This document shows positions 1 through 11,530 of a stretch of DNA of 64,000 bases, in pieces. Each line of letters starts with the position of its first letter. Position 1 is the stretch's first letter. The translations under genes and the position numbers were made by a program. The notes below the pieces were generated by a model. That model was given only the letters and a program-made list of their open reading frames with translations. It did no database searches and was not told the origin of the DNA. This DNA comes from Octopus sinensis (lineage: Eukaryota), in NCBI RefSeq assembly GCF_006345805.1, contig NC_043007.1:42160001-42224000 (forward strand). The letters are read 5' to 3'.

Positions 1-626
1 CGTCGTGAGAGGTGAGATGGTGTAGTTATGGAAAAGGGATGGTGAGGAGTACTATATCCCCTTCAATAAGGCTATGCAGTGCAGATTTAGAACCGATGAG
101 TTGCATTTATTTGCCAAACAGATATTTGATTAGCTGTTCTGTCAGTAAATATTCTAGACTTTAAAACTAATACAGAAGTCCAGGTTTCCTTCTTCATTTG
201 ATATGCTTTCAATTTACTTTCTTGCATATATAATTACTCAGTGTGAGAAATGTACACCTCTACTTTAAAATATCAAATTAATTCTGTTATTCACCTGTTC
301 TCTATTTCAGCTCTTCTTTATTCTCTCTCACTTTCACACAATATTCTAGTTTTAATTCAATGGATTCTTAGGTTAACTTCTAATTTTATAGTTTTTCTCT
401 CTTACTGGTTTCAATAATTGAACTGCTGCCATTCTGGGGCACCACGTTTGAAGGGTTTCAGCCAAACAAATCAACCCCAGTACTTAAGATGTTATGTAAG
501 GAAGCAGTGTAATAGATAGGGGATGTTGGATGAGAAACTGTGACACATAGGGACCTTGTACTCTACACAACGTTACTTCCGGGATAGATTGGACATGTTA
601 TGTGTGATAGTTGCTTCTGTTTTGCT

Positions 627-950
627 ATCATCATCATCATTATCGTTTAATGTCCGCTTTCCATGCTAGCATGGGTTGGACGGTTCAACTGGGGTCTGGG
701 AAGCCTGAAGGCTGCACCAGGCCAGTCAGATCTGGCGGTGTTTCTACAGCTGGATGCCCTTCCTAACGCCAACCACTCCGTGAGTGTAGTGGGTGCTTTT
801 TATGTGCCACTGACACAGGTGCCAGACGAGGCCGGCGAACTGCCACGCTCGGATGGCGTTTTTTACGTGCCACCGGCATGGAGGCCAGGCGAGGCTGGCA
901 AACGGCCACGATTGGATGGTGTTTGTTACGTGCCACTAGCACGGAGTCAT
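627..950 (-). mobile_element. 3'-UTR fragment of the RTE-type LINE (or a SINE sharing its tail)
   Basis: Matches 51368-51770, including gatgcccttcctaacgccaaccactcc and the (atc)n tail. It has internal repeats of about 60 bp. Confidence 0.85.
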
Positions 951-1412
951 ATCATTTAAAAAAGTAAAAGCTCTCCAGAAGACAGGCAAGCTAAATTCCT
1001 TGGAAAATATTAAAATAGTGGTTCTGAACTTTCTTAAGTCAATGTTTGCCTTAACCCTCAAAGTAATTCCTCAATTATTATGCAGAAAGAAAAAAAGTAA
1101 GAAAAATTGTCTCATCTGAAAGCATAGCTGAAAACGTTGCAACAACCACCATCTGTTATAATTGCTTGCATGCAATAATATTTTTCCAACTAAAAGAATC
1201 ATTAGAGCTTGGGCAAACTTCGAATTTTGTCATTTCCTTCTTATACTATTTGTGTTTTAATGTGAAAGCTATAGATTGTAACAACCTTGACAATCCAGTC
1301 AAAATGTCTGCTGGTTTGCTAGTGATTAGACCAAGGCAGAATAACTTTTCCAATTATCTGAATTATTAATTTGTGATCTCAATTTCATGTATTAATAATG
1401 CACATAACAAGT

Positions 1413-2065
1413 GCAGGCATGGCTGTGTGGTAAGAAGCTTGCTTCCCAACCACATTGTTCCAGGTTCAGTCCCACTGTGTTGCACCTTGGACAAGTGTCT
1501 TTTACTATAGCCTCAGGTAGACCAAAACCTTGTGAATGAATTTGATAGACAGAAACTGAAAGAAAATAAGGTAGTGAGCTGGCAGAATCCTTAGCATGCT
1601 AGGCGAAATGCTTAGTGGTATTTCGTCTGCCGCTACATTCTGAGTTCTAATTCCACCAAGGTCGACTTTGCCTTTCATCCTTTCAGGGTCGATTAAATAA
1701 GTACCAGTTATGCACTGGGGTCAATATAATCGACTTAACCCCTTTGTCCTTGTTTGTCCCCTCTGTGTGTAGCCCCTTGTGGGCAGTAAAGAAATAAGAA
1801 ACTGAAAGAAGACTGCCATATATATATTTGTGTGTGTGTGTGTGTGTGTCTTTGTGTTTGTTCCCTAACCATTGCTTGACAACCGATGTGGGTGTATTTA
1901 TGTCCCTGCAACTTGGCGGTTTGGCAAATATGACCAATAGAATAAGTACCAGGCTTACAAAGAATAAGTCCTGAGGTCAATTTCTTTGACTAACATGACT
2001 AATACCCTTTAAGGTGGTGCTCCAGCATAGCTGCAGTCGAAATGACTGAAACTTACAAAAGAATG
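1413..2065 (+). mobile_element. tRNA-derived SINE (family A) with a family-B SINE nested at 1565-1797
   Basis: Head gcaggcatggctgtgtggtaagaagc...ggttcagtccc, then a CORE-like caccttggacaagtgtct segment. The insert is flanked by a 13-bp TSD gaaactgaaagaa at 1552-1564 and 1798-1810. Confidence 0.88.
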
Positions 2066-2447
2066 TTAGGAATGAAGTAAAAATAATTTTGTACAGTTAT
2101 AAATCATCTTTTGTCTTTACCTTGGTGGGAAAGGGGTCTTCTCCAGGTTAAGAACTACCATGTTGAAGACTGTTGCTAACTCAGAATTGAGATCTTCTTA
2201 AAGTATGTTTTGTTTTACCTTGTTAGTAATTCTGGGATAGCGTATGCATTTATCTATGTATTTACACACATATGTTGATGTGTGATCTTGTTCTCTGTGC
2301 AAGTGTGACTGCAAGAAAATATTAACAATTTCTTAAATGTAAATATCCCCAACAATATTTTTATTTTGACATTTTTTCTTCCATTTTAACTTGTTTATCT
2401 CCCCACCTCCACTTCTTCCTCTCTTTCAATTTATCTTTCTCTTTTAG

Positions 2448-2780
2448 ATTTTGTCATATGAAGAAGCCCTCGTCTTATTTATCACTATGGCAACGAATCC
2501 TCCAATTTACTTGGATTATGGCTAGTTAACTCCAGTAAACTAAAAATAAAAAAAAAACAAAAAAACTCAAGATATCAAAGTGAGAGTTTGGGTTATTAAT
2601 GGTTATGTTTTCTCCAAGAAAACAGCGTTTAAACTCAGTCTTGACATCATTCAGACTGACAACTCTAGAATTATTGATGTCGGATATAGGTACAGTTAGC
2701 ATAAATTATCTAATTGGTGGCAAGCGAAGGCCAAAAACGACTATTTGTCCGTCGTGTTGCAGACACCATGAGAACTATAG
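2448..2780 (+). other. Candidate alternative upstream exon of the PACS transcript
   Basis: Long pyrimidine tract ending ctcttttag at 2447 and a strong donor ACTATAG|gtgagt at 2781. ORF 2599-2780 ends in AG, in phase with exon 38986. It has 8 CpGs in 333 nt against CpG-poor flanks. Confidence 0.4.
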
Positions 2781-3537
2781 GTGAGTTTTGTGAAAATTGC
2801 TGCTCTTCTGCACACACAAACACATCATACACTCCTTTGAACACCAGAAGCATAGAGCAAAATGTTTCTACCTACAGTTTTTCCCTTAGGACTTTCGCTT
2901 TTATTTTATCTGTGTCCACCTCAATGCTTAATGAGATCTCAATGGAGACATAAAAAAAATATTACTGTTTGATTTTATTTCTCTCTGAGAATGCACACAC
3001 ACACACCTTTATCTGCAAATGCATTTGTTTATGTATATTTATGTATTATCTATGTACTAGCATAAACATGTCAAATGCCGGCAGTTCTATTAATGATAGA
3101 AAATGGTGCATCATAGCAATAGGTGAAACCATTGATAAATGTCAGCAATTGAGTAAATATATGTACATAAGCAGAATTGAAGCACTTGAACAATCAGATA
3201 CAGATGTAGTGTCTCAGTTGAAAATATTATCATCCATATAATATAATATGAGTGGATAAACGAAAGAAAAAGGCACTCAACACATTTAGTAGGATGCTCC
3301 ATCCACAAACGTCTGGTAAACAGTTTGCAATGGAGGGACAACTGCTGCTGTACTCATTGAATCATGAGTGCGTGTATTTCATTTTTTTTAATATTTTAGT
3401 CTGTTTCTTTTCTATGCTTGACCTTCCTGAAACTAACTCTTATTTCTTTTTCCAAGAAACAGATAACACACAGACACAGACAGACACACACATGCGCACG
3501 CACACACGCACGCATACACACAGGCGCACACACACAT

Positions 3538-3584
<47 letters not shown>

Positions 3585-5765
3585 AGTGTGGATAGGCACT
3601 TTGAGCAAGTGTCTTCTATAGCCCATGGCTGACAAAAGCCTTGTATACATATGGTGGGCTTATTTCAGTTTCTGTCTACCAAATCTACTCTCAAACCCTG
3701 ACCTATAGTAGAAGACACTTGCTCAAAATTTAATTTCATTTTGATTAAAATACGGCAGCTTCAGGGCAAAACATCTCATTACACTTTACCCACATTTAGC
3801 AACTCTGACTGTCACTTTGTCCCACTCTATTTTAATTCCCCCTTGACCAGCAACTATGCTCACTGAGCATATCCCTAAATATTTTCTCTATCCAAGTTAC
3901 ATTGTTGCTCTCTTTCCCTGCTTCTATCTGTCCATCCAGCCATCCCAACTACTTCTTTTTTTCTAGCATGAAGTCTTTATTGAGCTGTATTCTCTTTGAT
4001 AGATGCACATTTCCAAACTTACCCACCAACCTATCCTTGATTAGTTCATCATACAATGGTCCATCATTACAGTGTCTGATCATCAGTTCTTTGTTTCCTC
4101 TTACTAAAGTATGCCCTTTTATATATCACATTCTTCTGTTGTTTAATTTTAAATAGATCCAGACTTCTTGGAACATTATTCCCTTTGTCACCCATACAGT
4201 ACATTAGCATGTTTATGAAGTTCGCTTGTGTGGTTGTAAGCAGATTACAGACTAAATGAAAGCGTTCAAATCTTTGGAGCTATTTGACTTTGCCAAACCC
4301 CAATGAATAGGGAAAATGAACATAGTGGTTGAATGTACTACTCAGCATTAGCTGTGTCATTGACAAATTGTTCCTGTGTATGGAGACTGACTGGGTTATT
4401 GTCAACCAAAATAGCTCTGTTTGTTGACATCATAGCTAGTTAGTGCCATTTCATAACTTGTTCTAACCAAACTTATTCTGGATGTGGTAAAACTGTTTTC
4501 ACTAGATTAACTTGAAGTCACTTCTGACACCATGTCTCATTGTTATATCTATCATATAGGTAATAACTACAAGTATATTTCTTTTGTGTCTTTAATGATT
4601 TCCAAAACTCAGAAGAAACATTACACAAGATAGTTTCCTTCCTATAATGTCCCCCAACATCTAAATGTATGTCTATTACACTGCAAATATGACAAAATGT
4701 ATGTATGTCAGTGTAAGTTCCTTATCATGTGTTCACTGCCTCTGACAAACTTGTACATATATAACTAAAAATGAGTCATGATGATCTATAGTATGCTTGC
4801 GTTTGTATCTCAGCACCCTTACAGTTCCCCAAATACATCTGGTTTAGCAAGTTTACACTTAGAATTTGACATACCAAAAGTGCAGTACTGTTGTATAAAG
4901 GAGTTTTGTAAATATGACATACATGCAGGTAGGAGATATCTGTCTGTTAACCTAGGAGAACACGAGTCAATGTTACAGTTATGAGATGGTTGTTAGCCTG
5001 AGTATTACACCAACTGATTAACTGGATGGAGAAAATATCACCAGAACACTCAGCATCTATAGCTTTTTCAAGACAGACAACTGCAATTATAGACTATCAT
5101 AGATTTCCTGATATCTGTTTTTTCCTATGTTGTCTCAGATTAGAAGAAATTGTAGTTCAACATATATAAATATATATCTTCATATCTCAGTGCAAAAAAA
5201 TATCTTCAATTAATGTGTATCTTGGTTTTAAAATAAACACTCTGTATCTTCACATGTCGTAAGCAGTGGCTAAAATGGGTGGTAACAGAAGGAGTATCCA
5301 ACTTAAAACTGCTTCAGAAAGAAGGTGTGATAAATACCATTGAAAACACTGTCGTAGGATCTGCAAAACTAATCTCTACTTTAGCATGGAAAATGTTTTT
5401 TTAAGTGTTTATTATATAACAGCATAAGCCAACAAGGGTACATCTATGAGGTTGCTTGATCTACAAGAAATGTCATCAAAATCTCTCTGAAATCACATAC
5501 TACCATTTTGAATAAAGGAAGGAGACTCTGAATAACATAGTCCTAGATACATTGCCTGATGGTTACAGATGATCACAGTTCTGTTTAGACTAGGATCTGA
5601 ACAGCAATGATCACTTATCAACATGTAACAATGCAACGTGTGTCAGAGCTGGCTATATACAGCAGTTATCAGGGTTGACTAAATTTGTTTGCTTAATATT
5701 ACAGCCACAAAAAAAAAAGTCTTTGTAAAGATGTTTGGGAAGTGAATATGAACAAAATGTACATT

Positions 5766-6104
5766 TGCAGTATGGAAGGTGTTTATAAAACATTTAAGAA
5801 ACACACAAAACCGTTAGATTCACTTCAGCATTTAAATTTAATTTGTCAAAATATTTTTGTCGCTTTGAGACTGCGACCTGTTCACTAACAAAACTTCGTA
5901 CTGCATCTTGAAGTTTTGTCAGTGGACAGGTCACAGTCTCAAAGCGATGAAAATATTTTGACAAATTAAATTTAAATGTTGAAGTGAATCTAACGGTTTT
6001 GTGTGTTTCTTAAATGGCTTATAAACACCTTCCACGCTGCAATTGTTTTCATTCCAGCACACAATCTCAGATCAAGTCACTCGCTATGCAAGTACATCTC
6101 CGTA
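5766..6104. mobile_element. Fold-back insertion with about 130-bp inverted arms and a 12-bp target-site duplication
   Basis: 5766-5898 is the near-perfect reverse complement of about 5911-6042. The direct repeat aaaatgtacatt occurs at 5754-5765 and 6105-6116. Confidence 0.85.
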
Positions 6105-6579
6105 AAAATGTACATTGTTTTTTGCAATTGTTTAGGTAACTACATGTTGAAGAAGCTTTGGCTGCTATGAGTTAGCAGATATAGGCTGTTGTCATTTAAA
6201 GGAAGTCAACCCTGATCAAACACTCATGATCAAAAGCATTCCAGCTGTGACAATCCTATCTATTTCCTGTGTGCAAAGAATCAAGAACACAATATCCAAT
6301 ATGCCATTTTGTTTTAAACAATAGGGTGTAATTTGAGGTAGATTTGGCTATTTCTGGCAGGTCAGGTGACAAGTAAGAGGTATTCTTATTGGGTCATCAA
6401 GCTCGGGTTGTGCATGAATGATATGCTTAAGTAAAAGTGAAAAAAAAAAAAGAATCCTTTTGGGGAAAAATGAGATTGTTACATATGCTGTATTATAATT
6501 AGTGATAAAATATACATTTACAATTGAGACCCCTTTAGCAGTTTTAGCATAACAAAGCCTACAGAATTAAATATATTTA

Positions 6580-6658
<79 letters not shown>

Positions 6659-7837
6659 GCTACATGTCTTTGTATATATACTTTTTTTGTGAGTAACATT
6701 TTAGCATTTCAAGCTGTTGAATTTGTTTCACTTTATAAGATATGCTTTCTGTATCATTCAATACATGGGAGAACCAGTCTGTTTATTTATTTATTTATTT
6801 TTTGTATCTGTCTCCTAATGCTTAATGAAAGAGTTTGAAGTTTAGTAAATTAACCAAAATGTTTCTGTTTTCTGCCTGCAACAGCATCTCTATTTAGTTC
6901 TGTCTGTCTTTTGTATTTGAACATTCATTCTACTTTCTTAATGCTTGACTAAATTTTAAGTCTGAAATTTTGATTTGCTGTAGATCACAACATTTAAAAG
7001 ATATGATATATGGGTGGGGCCAAGTCTAGACTTATTAAGCTACTTGTGACACTAACCCATGGATTCAAACCTGTAACATTGCCCCCTGCTCTTATTACCA
7101 ATGACCTTACCCTGTAACCCTTTTCAGGGTGAAATTCTCTTTAATCCCACTGGGCCCCCACCTACTCTCTGAATTTGGAGGCCAGAGGGATTAAAGAGAA
7201 TTTCTTCTGTCAGTGCGAAGAATAAAGCTTCGCTCAGATATTGTATTAAAATTACGATTTCAATTCATATAGTTTTACTATCAACATTGAATTTATATTT
7301 CAATTTTGTGCAGTCTCTTGGTTCATGCCCCATAAATAAGTATAAAGCTTGAAGTTTTTGTTGTTTACCTTTAATATTAACTTTGATGGAAAAAACTCAG
7401 CCAACATTCTTCTACAAGCTGCACATTAAATGTCAAAGAACTGCAATAGCTTGTGAGTTTCACTACTTCTGGCATATATCAACTTATAACATGTTTCAAC
7501 ATAACAGTATACTGTATATTTGTCGGCTGTTCACTTTCCAACCATGTGGTTTTGAGTTCAGTCCCACTGTGTGGCACCTTGGGCAAGTGTCTTCTACTAT
7601 AACCTTAAAGTAATCAAAAACTTGAGTAGATTTTGTAAGCAGAAGACAGAAACTAAACATAAGTCTCTCATCTCTCTCTCTCTCTCATTATGTATGTGTG
7701 AGTATATATATATATATATATATTGCGTGAATGTGTGTGTGTGTATATATGTGTGTGTACACATGTATGTGTGTATGTATATATATATGTGTATGTATAT
7801 ATATATATATGTGTATATATATATATATATAAAGAGT

Positions 7838-8235
7838 GCAGGAGTGGCTGTGTGGTAAGTAGGTTACCTACCAGCCATATGGTTCCATGTTCAGTCCTAC
7901 TGCATGGCTCCTTGGGCAAGTGTCTTTTATAGCCTTGGAACGACCAAAGCCTTGTGAGTGAATTTGAGTGACAGAAAGTGAAAGAAGCCCGTCATGTGTA
8001 TGTATATATATATATATATGTATGTATGTATGTGTGTCTGTGTTTGTCCCCCCCCCCCACTATCACCTGACAACCAATGCTGGTGTATTTATGTACCTGT
8101 AACTTAGCTATTTAGCAAAAGAGAACGATAAAGTACTAGGCTTACAAAGAATGTTGTGGGGGGCAATTTGTTCGACTAAAGGCAGTGCTCCAGCATGGCT
8201 GCAGTCAAATGACAGAAACAAATAAGAGTGAAAGT
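7838..8235 (+). mobile_element. SINE family A, full length
   Basis: Colinear with 1413-2065 and 35457-35920, with an internal TA/TG microsatellite. Confidence 0.88.
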
Positions 8236-8456
8236 GTGTGTGTGTGTGTGTATGTATATAGATAGATAGATATTGTGTGTGTATATAGTCTTTTATGTTT
8301 CAGCCTTGAGGCTGTGGACATACTGGGGCACTGCCAGTGTGTATGTGTGCGTGTATACACACACACACACCAATATGTGGATTGTTGGCGATTTTTTTTT
8401 TTTTTTTTCACTTTTTTCCTCCGCCTTCCTTTTCTCTTGGACTTTCCTCTGTCTCC

Positions 8457-8494
8457 TGTTTCTGAAGAAGTGCTTTGCTTGAAATGTAAAAACA
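8457..8494 (+). ncRNA. Degenerate minimal hammerhead-like motif in a probable PLE terminal repeat
   Basis: TGTTT-CTGAAGA-A-GTGCTTTGCTT-GAAA-TGTA-A-AAACA. Restoring two CpG-type C>T changes and one stem mismatch gives CTGAAGA-A-GAGC-TTT-GCTC-GAAA-CGTA. Confidence 0.4.
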
Positions 8495-8594
8495 CCCTTT
8501 CTTTCCTTCCCTTAGTGTTTTTTAATATTTTGCATGTACCATACCCTCATGTTATTTTTTTGTTGTGTGTTTTTCTTTGTTTTTTTGGTGGGGA

Positions 8595-8627
<33 letters not shown>

Positions 8628-10042
8628 GTGTGTGTGTGTACACGTCTATATCTGTTTGTTTACATGTGCTTACTTATTCAGAAGCTACAAAGTTCAAGTG
8701 CTGTTGCTGTTGGCACTTTTGTTTAATAACTTGTCTGCTTGCTTTGTACTATTGAATCTATATAGAATAAGAGATACTTTAATTGAAAAACAAGTATGAG
8801 TTAGCATCAGAACATTCAGCTATAAAACACTTCAATGACATATCTAACCCATACTAACATGGGAGAATAGATGTAAAACAAATGTCAGAATGAACAGCAT
8901 ATATCAATATACAATATAAAAAGCATAGCATAAATCAGCATATAATTAACTGCTTAGCATATACCAATGTATAACAGAATAACATATATTACGGTGTTGC
9001 CTATATCAACAGAGGATAAGATATATCAACCAAAATATAGCAGTACAACACATAACAGCACGAGATATATCAACATATAATAGTAAAACACATGAACATA
9101 TATCCTTACATCCACCATATTTGTGTGTGTATTTGTCTATAACATACACACACACACACACACACATTTATATGTTGGAAATGTCATGACTAAGGAAACT
9201 GTTTGCTTGCTATGATTCCTAATTTAAAATTGAAATGATCTGTAACACATATATGATCAGCCGTTACGTGTAGCCTGTAATTAGAATCTGAATCAGGATC
9301 TATTGACAAATCTGGTGAGGACAGCTGTGGGGAAGTAGTGGTTCAGTACTGAAGTGATGGTGACAGTAATGGTAATTTTGGTTAAGGGAATTGTGTTGGT
9401 AGTGATGATAACGACAGTAGAAAATGATGGCAATGAGCCAGTGAAAGAGGCTCTGTGTGATTGCTGGAAGTAGCAGCCAAATCTCACTCAAATTGCTCCT
9501 GGCTGTCTTTAAGAATTAAATGAAGTACACATTGAATAATATAGTACTAGGATGGTTATAACTAGGTTGCATTTAATCATAGTTCAGATATAATTTTACA
9601 TACACTAACTGATAATTGTGAATGTTCAGTTGTCAGTTCAAATAACAATCCCTTCTGCAAGAGGCACAAGGTCTGGCATTTTGGGGAAAGGGGCTAGTTG
9701 ATCACATCACCCCTCTGTACTCTATTGGTACTTATTTTATTGACTCCTGAAGGATGAAAGGCAAAGTCAATCTTGGCAGAATTTGAACTCTGAACGTAAA
9801 GACGGATGAAATGCTGCTAAGCATTTTCACCCCACGTAGCGTTTAACATGAAATGGTAGATTTCGTCCATTACCTGAAGACCCCAAAATGGTGAAACCTT
9901 TACTTGTATGTTTGTAATAAAAGTGAAGAATAATCCAGCCCTTAATTTGTGTGTGTGTCTTTCTCTAATCCAAACTTTTTGATGATAGGAAAGGCATTCA
10001 TCTATGAAAGTTTCATCAAAAATACAATATACACGACATATT

Positions 10043-10410
10043 TTATCTTTCACATGTTTTAGTCATTGGACTGCAGCCATGCTGAGGCACCAACTTGAAG
10101 GGTTCAGGCAAACAAATCAACCCCAGTATTTGCGTTTTCTTTTTAAATCTGGTACTTATTCTGTCAGTCCCTTTTTGCCAAACTGCTAAGTTATGAGGAT
10201 GTAAATAAACCAGCACTGGTTGTGAAGTAGTGGTAAGGAACAGACACATCACACACACATATATAATGGGCTTTGAGTTTCTGTTAACCAAATCTATTCT
10301 CAAGGCTTTGGTCGACCTTGGGCTATAGTAGAAGACATTTGCTCAACACAGTGGGACTGAACCCAGAATCATGTGGTTGGGAAGCAAACATCTTACCACC
10401 CAGCTACACT
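10043..10410 (-). mobile_element. SINE family A, inverted copy
   Basis: Reverse complement of the family-A head and tail. Confidence 0.8.
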
Positions 10411-10689
10411 TACACGAGTATTTTTTAAATTTATTTATTGCCTGACAAATAGTGAGATGCAGTAAGCCCCAGTCAACTTATTCCAGTGTGGAGTCAGAAG
10501 CTAGATAATGGTTGTAAAATGATGATAATTAATGGTTATGATGCTGAGAATAATGAGTAGCACAATACATAGCAACACATTAATTGAAAAACGAATCTAT
10601 CAACATACATCAACAATATATACTTTCAACATACAACAGTGCAACATATATCACAAGAACACAACATAGATCAACATCCATCTTTCTGG

Positions 10690-11530
10690 AGGCCAACATT
10701 TTTCTTATTTCTTCTTACCTTTTCTTCTTACCTTTTCTTCTCTCCTTTTCTTTCCTTTTCTTCTCTCCTTTTCTTCTTTCCTTTTCTTCTCTCCTTTTCT
10801 TCTTTCCTTTTCTTCTCTCCTTTTCTTCTTTCCTTTTCTTCTCTCCTCCTTCCTCCTCTTCTCCCTTCCTTCCTTCCTTCCTTCTCTTCCTTTTCCTTCT
10901 CCTTCCATCCTCCTTCTCCTTCCGTCCTCCTTCTCCTTCCGTCCTCCTTTTCCTTCCTTCCTCCTTTTCCTTCCTTCCTTCCTCCCTCCACTTCTTTCTT
11001 TCCTCCCTTCCTCCCTTCCTTCCTTCCACCCTTCCTTCCTCCCTTCCTCCCTTCCTTCCTCCCTTCCTTCCTCCCTTCCTTCCACCCTTCCTTCCTCCCT
11101 TCCTTCCTCTCTTCCTTCCACCCTTCCTTCCTTCCTCCCTTCCTTCCTTCCTCCCTTCCTTCCACCCTCCCTTCCTTCCACCCTTCCTTCTTTCCTTCCT
11201 TCCTTCCTTCCTTCCTTCCTTCCTTCCTCCTTCCTTCCTTCCTTCCTCCCTTCCTCCTTCCTTCCTCCCTCCCTCCCTCCCTTCCTCCCTCCTCCCTCCC
11301 TTCCTCCCTCCCTCCTTCCTTCTTCCCTTTCTTTCTCCATCCCTTCCTTCCTTCCTCCCTTCCTTCTTTCCTGTTCATTCCTTTCCTCTTCCTTCTTTCT
11401 TCTTTCTTCCTTCTTCCTCTTTCTTCCTTCTTCCTCTTTTTTTCCTTCTTCCTCTTTCTTCCTCTTTTTCCTTCTTCCTCTTTCTTCTTTTTTCCTTCTT
11501 CCTCCTTTCTACCTCGCCCTCCTCCTTATT
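10690..11530 (+). repeat. Polypyrimidine tract with (CCTT)n-type and short tandem units
   Basis: About 840 bp of almost pure C/T on the + strand. Confidence 0.97.

Noticed and set aside
663-959. 98-aa ORF and similar ORFs at 51443-52108 and 63262-63608
   Set aside because: They lie in the LINE 3' UTR repeat, and the reading frames are not preserved between copies.
1413-1490. tRNA-like sequences with A and B boxes (many copies)
   Set aside because: They are SINE heads continuing into SINE bodies. I could not fold a complete cloverleaf, so no tRNA gene is called.
5730-5770. DVWEVNMNK resembling the PACS exon-1 motif TWEVD
   Set aside because: No MNLFAT context, no C.PR ending and no suitable donor. 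The canonical exon 1 is probably upstream of the window.
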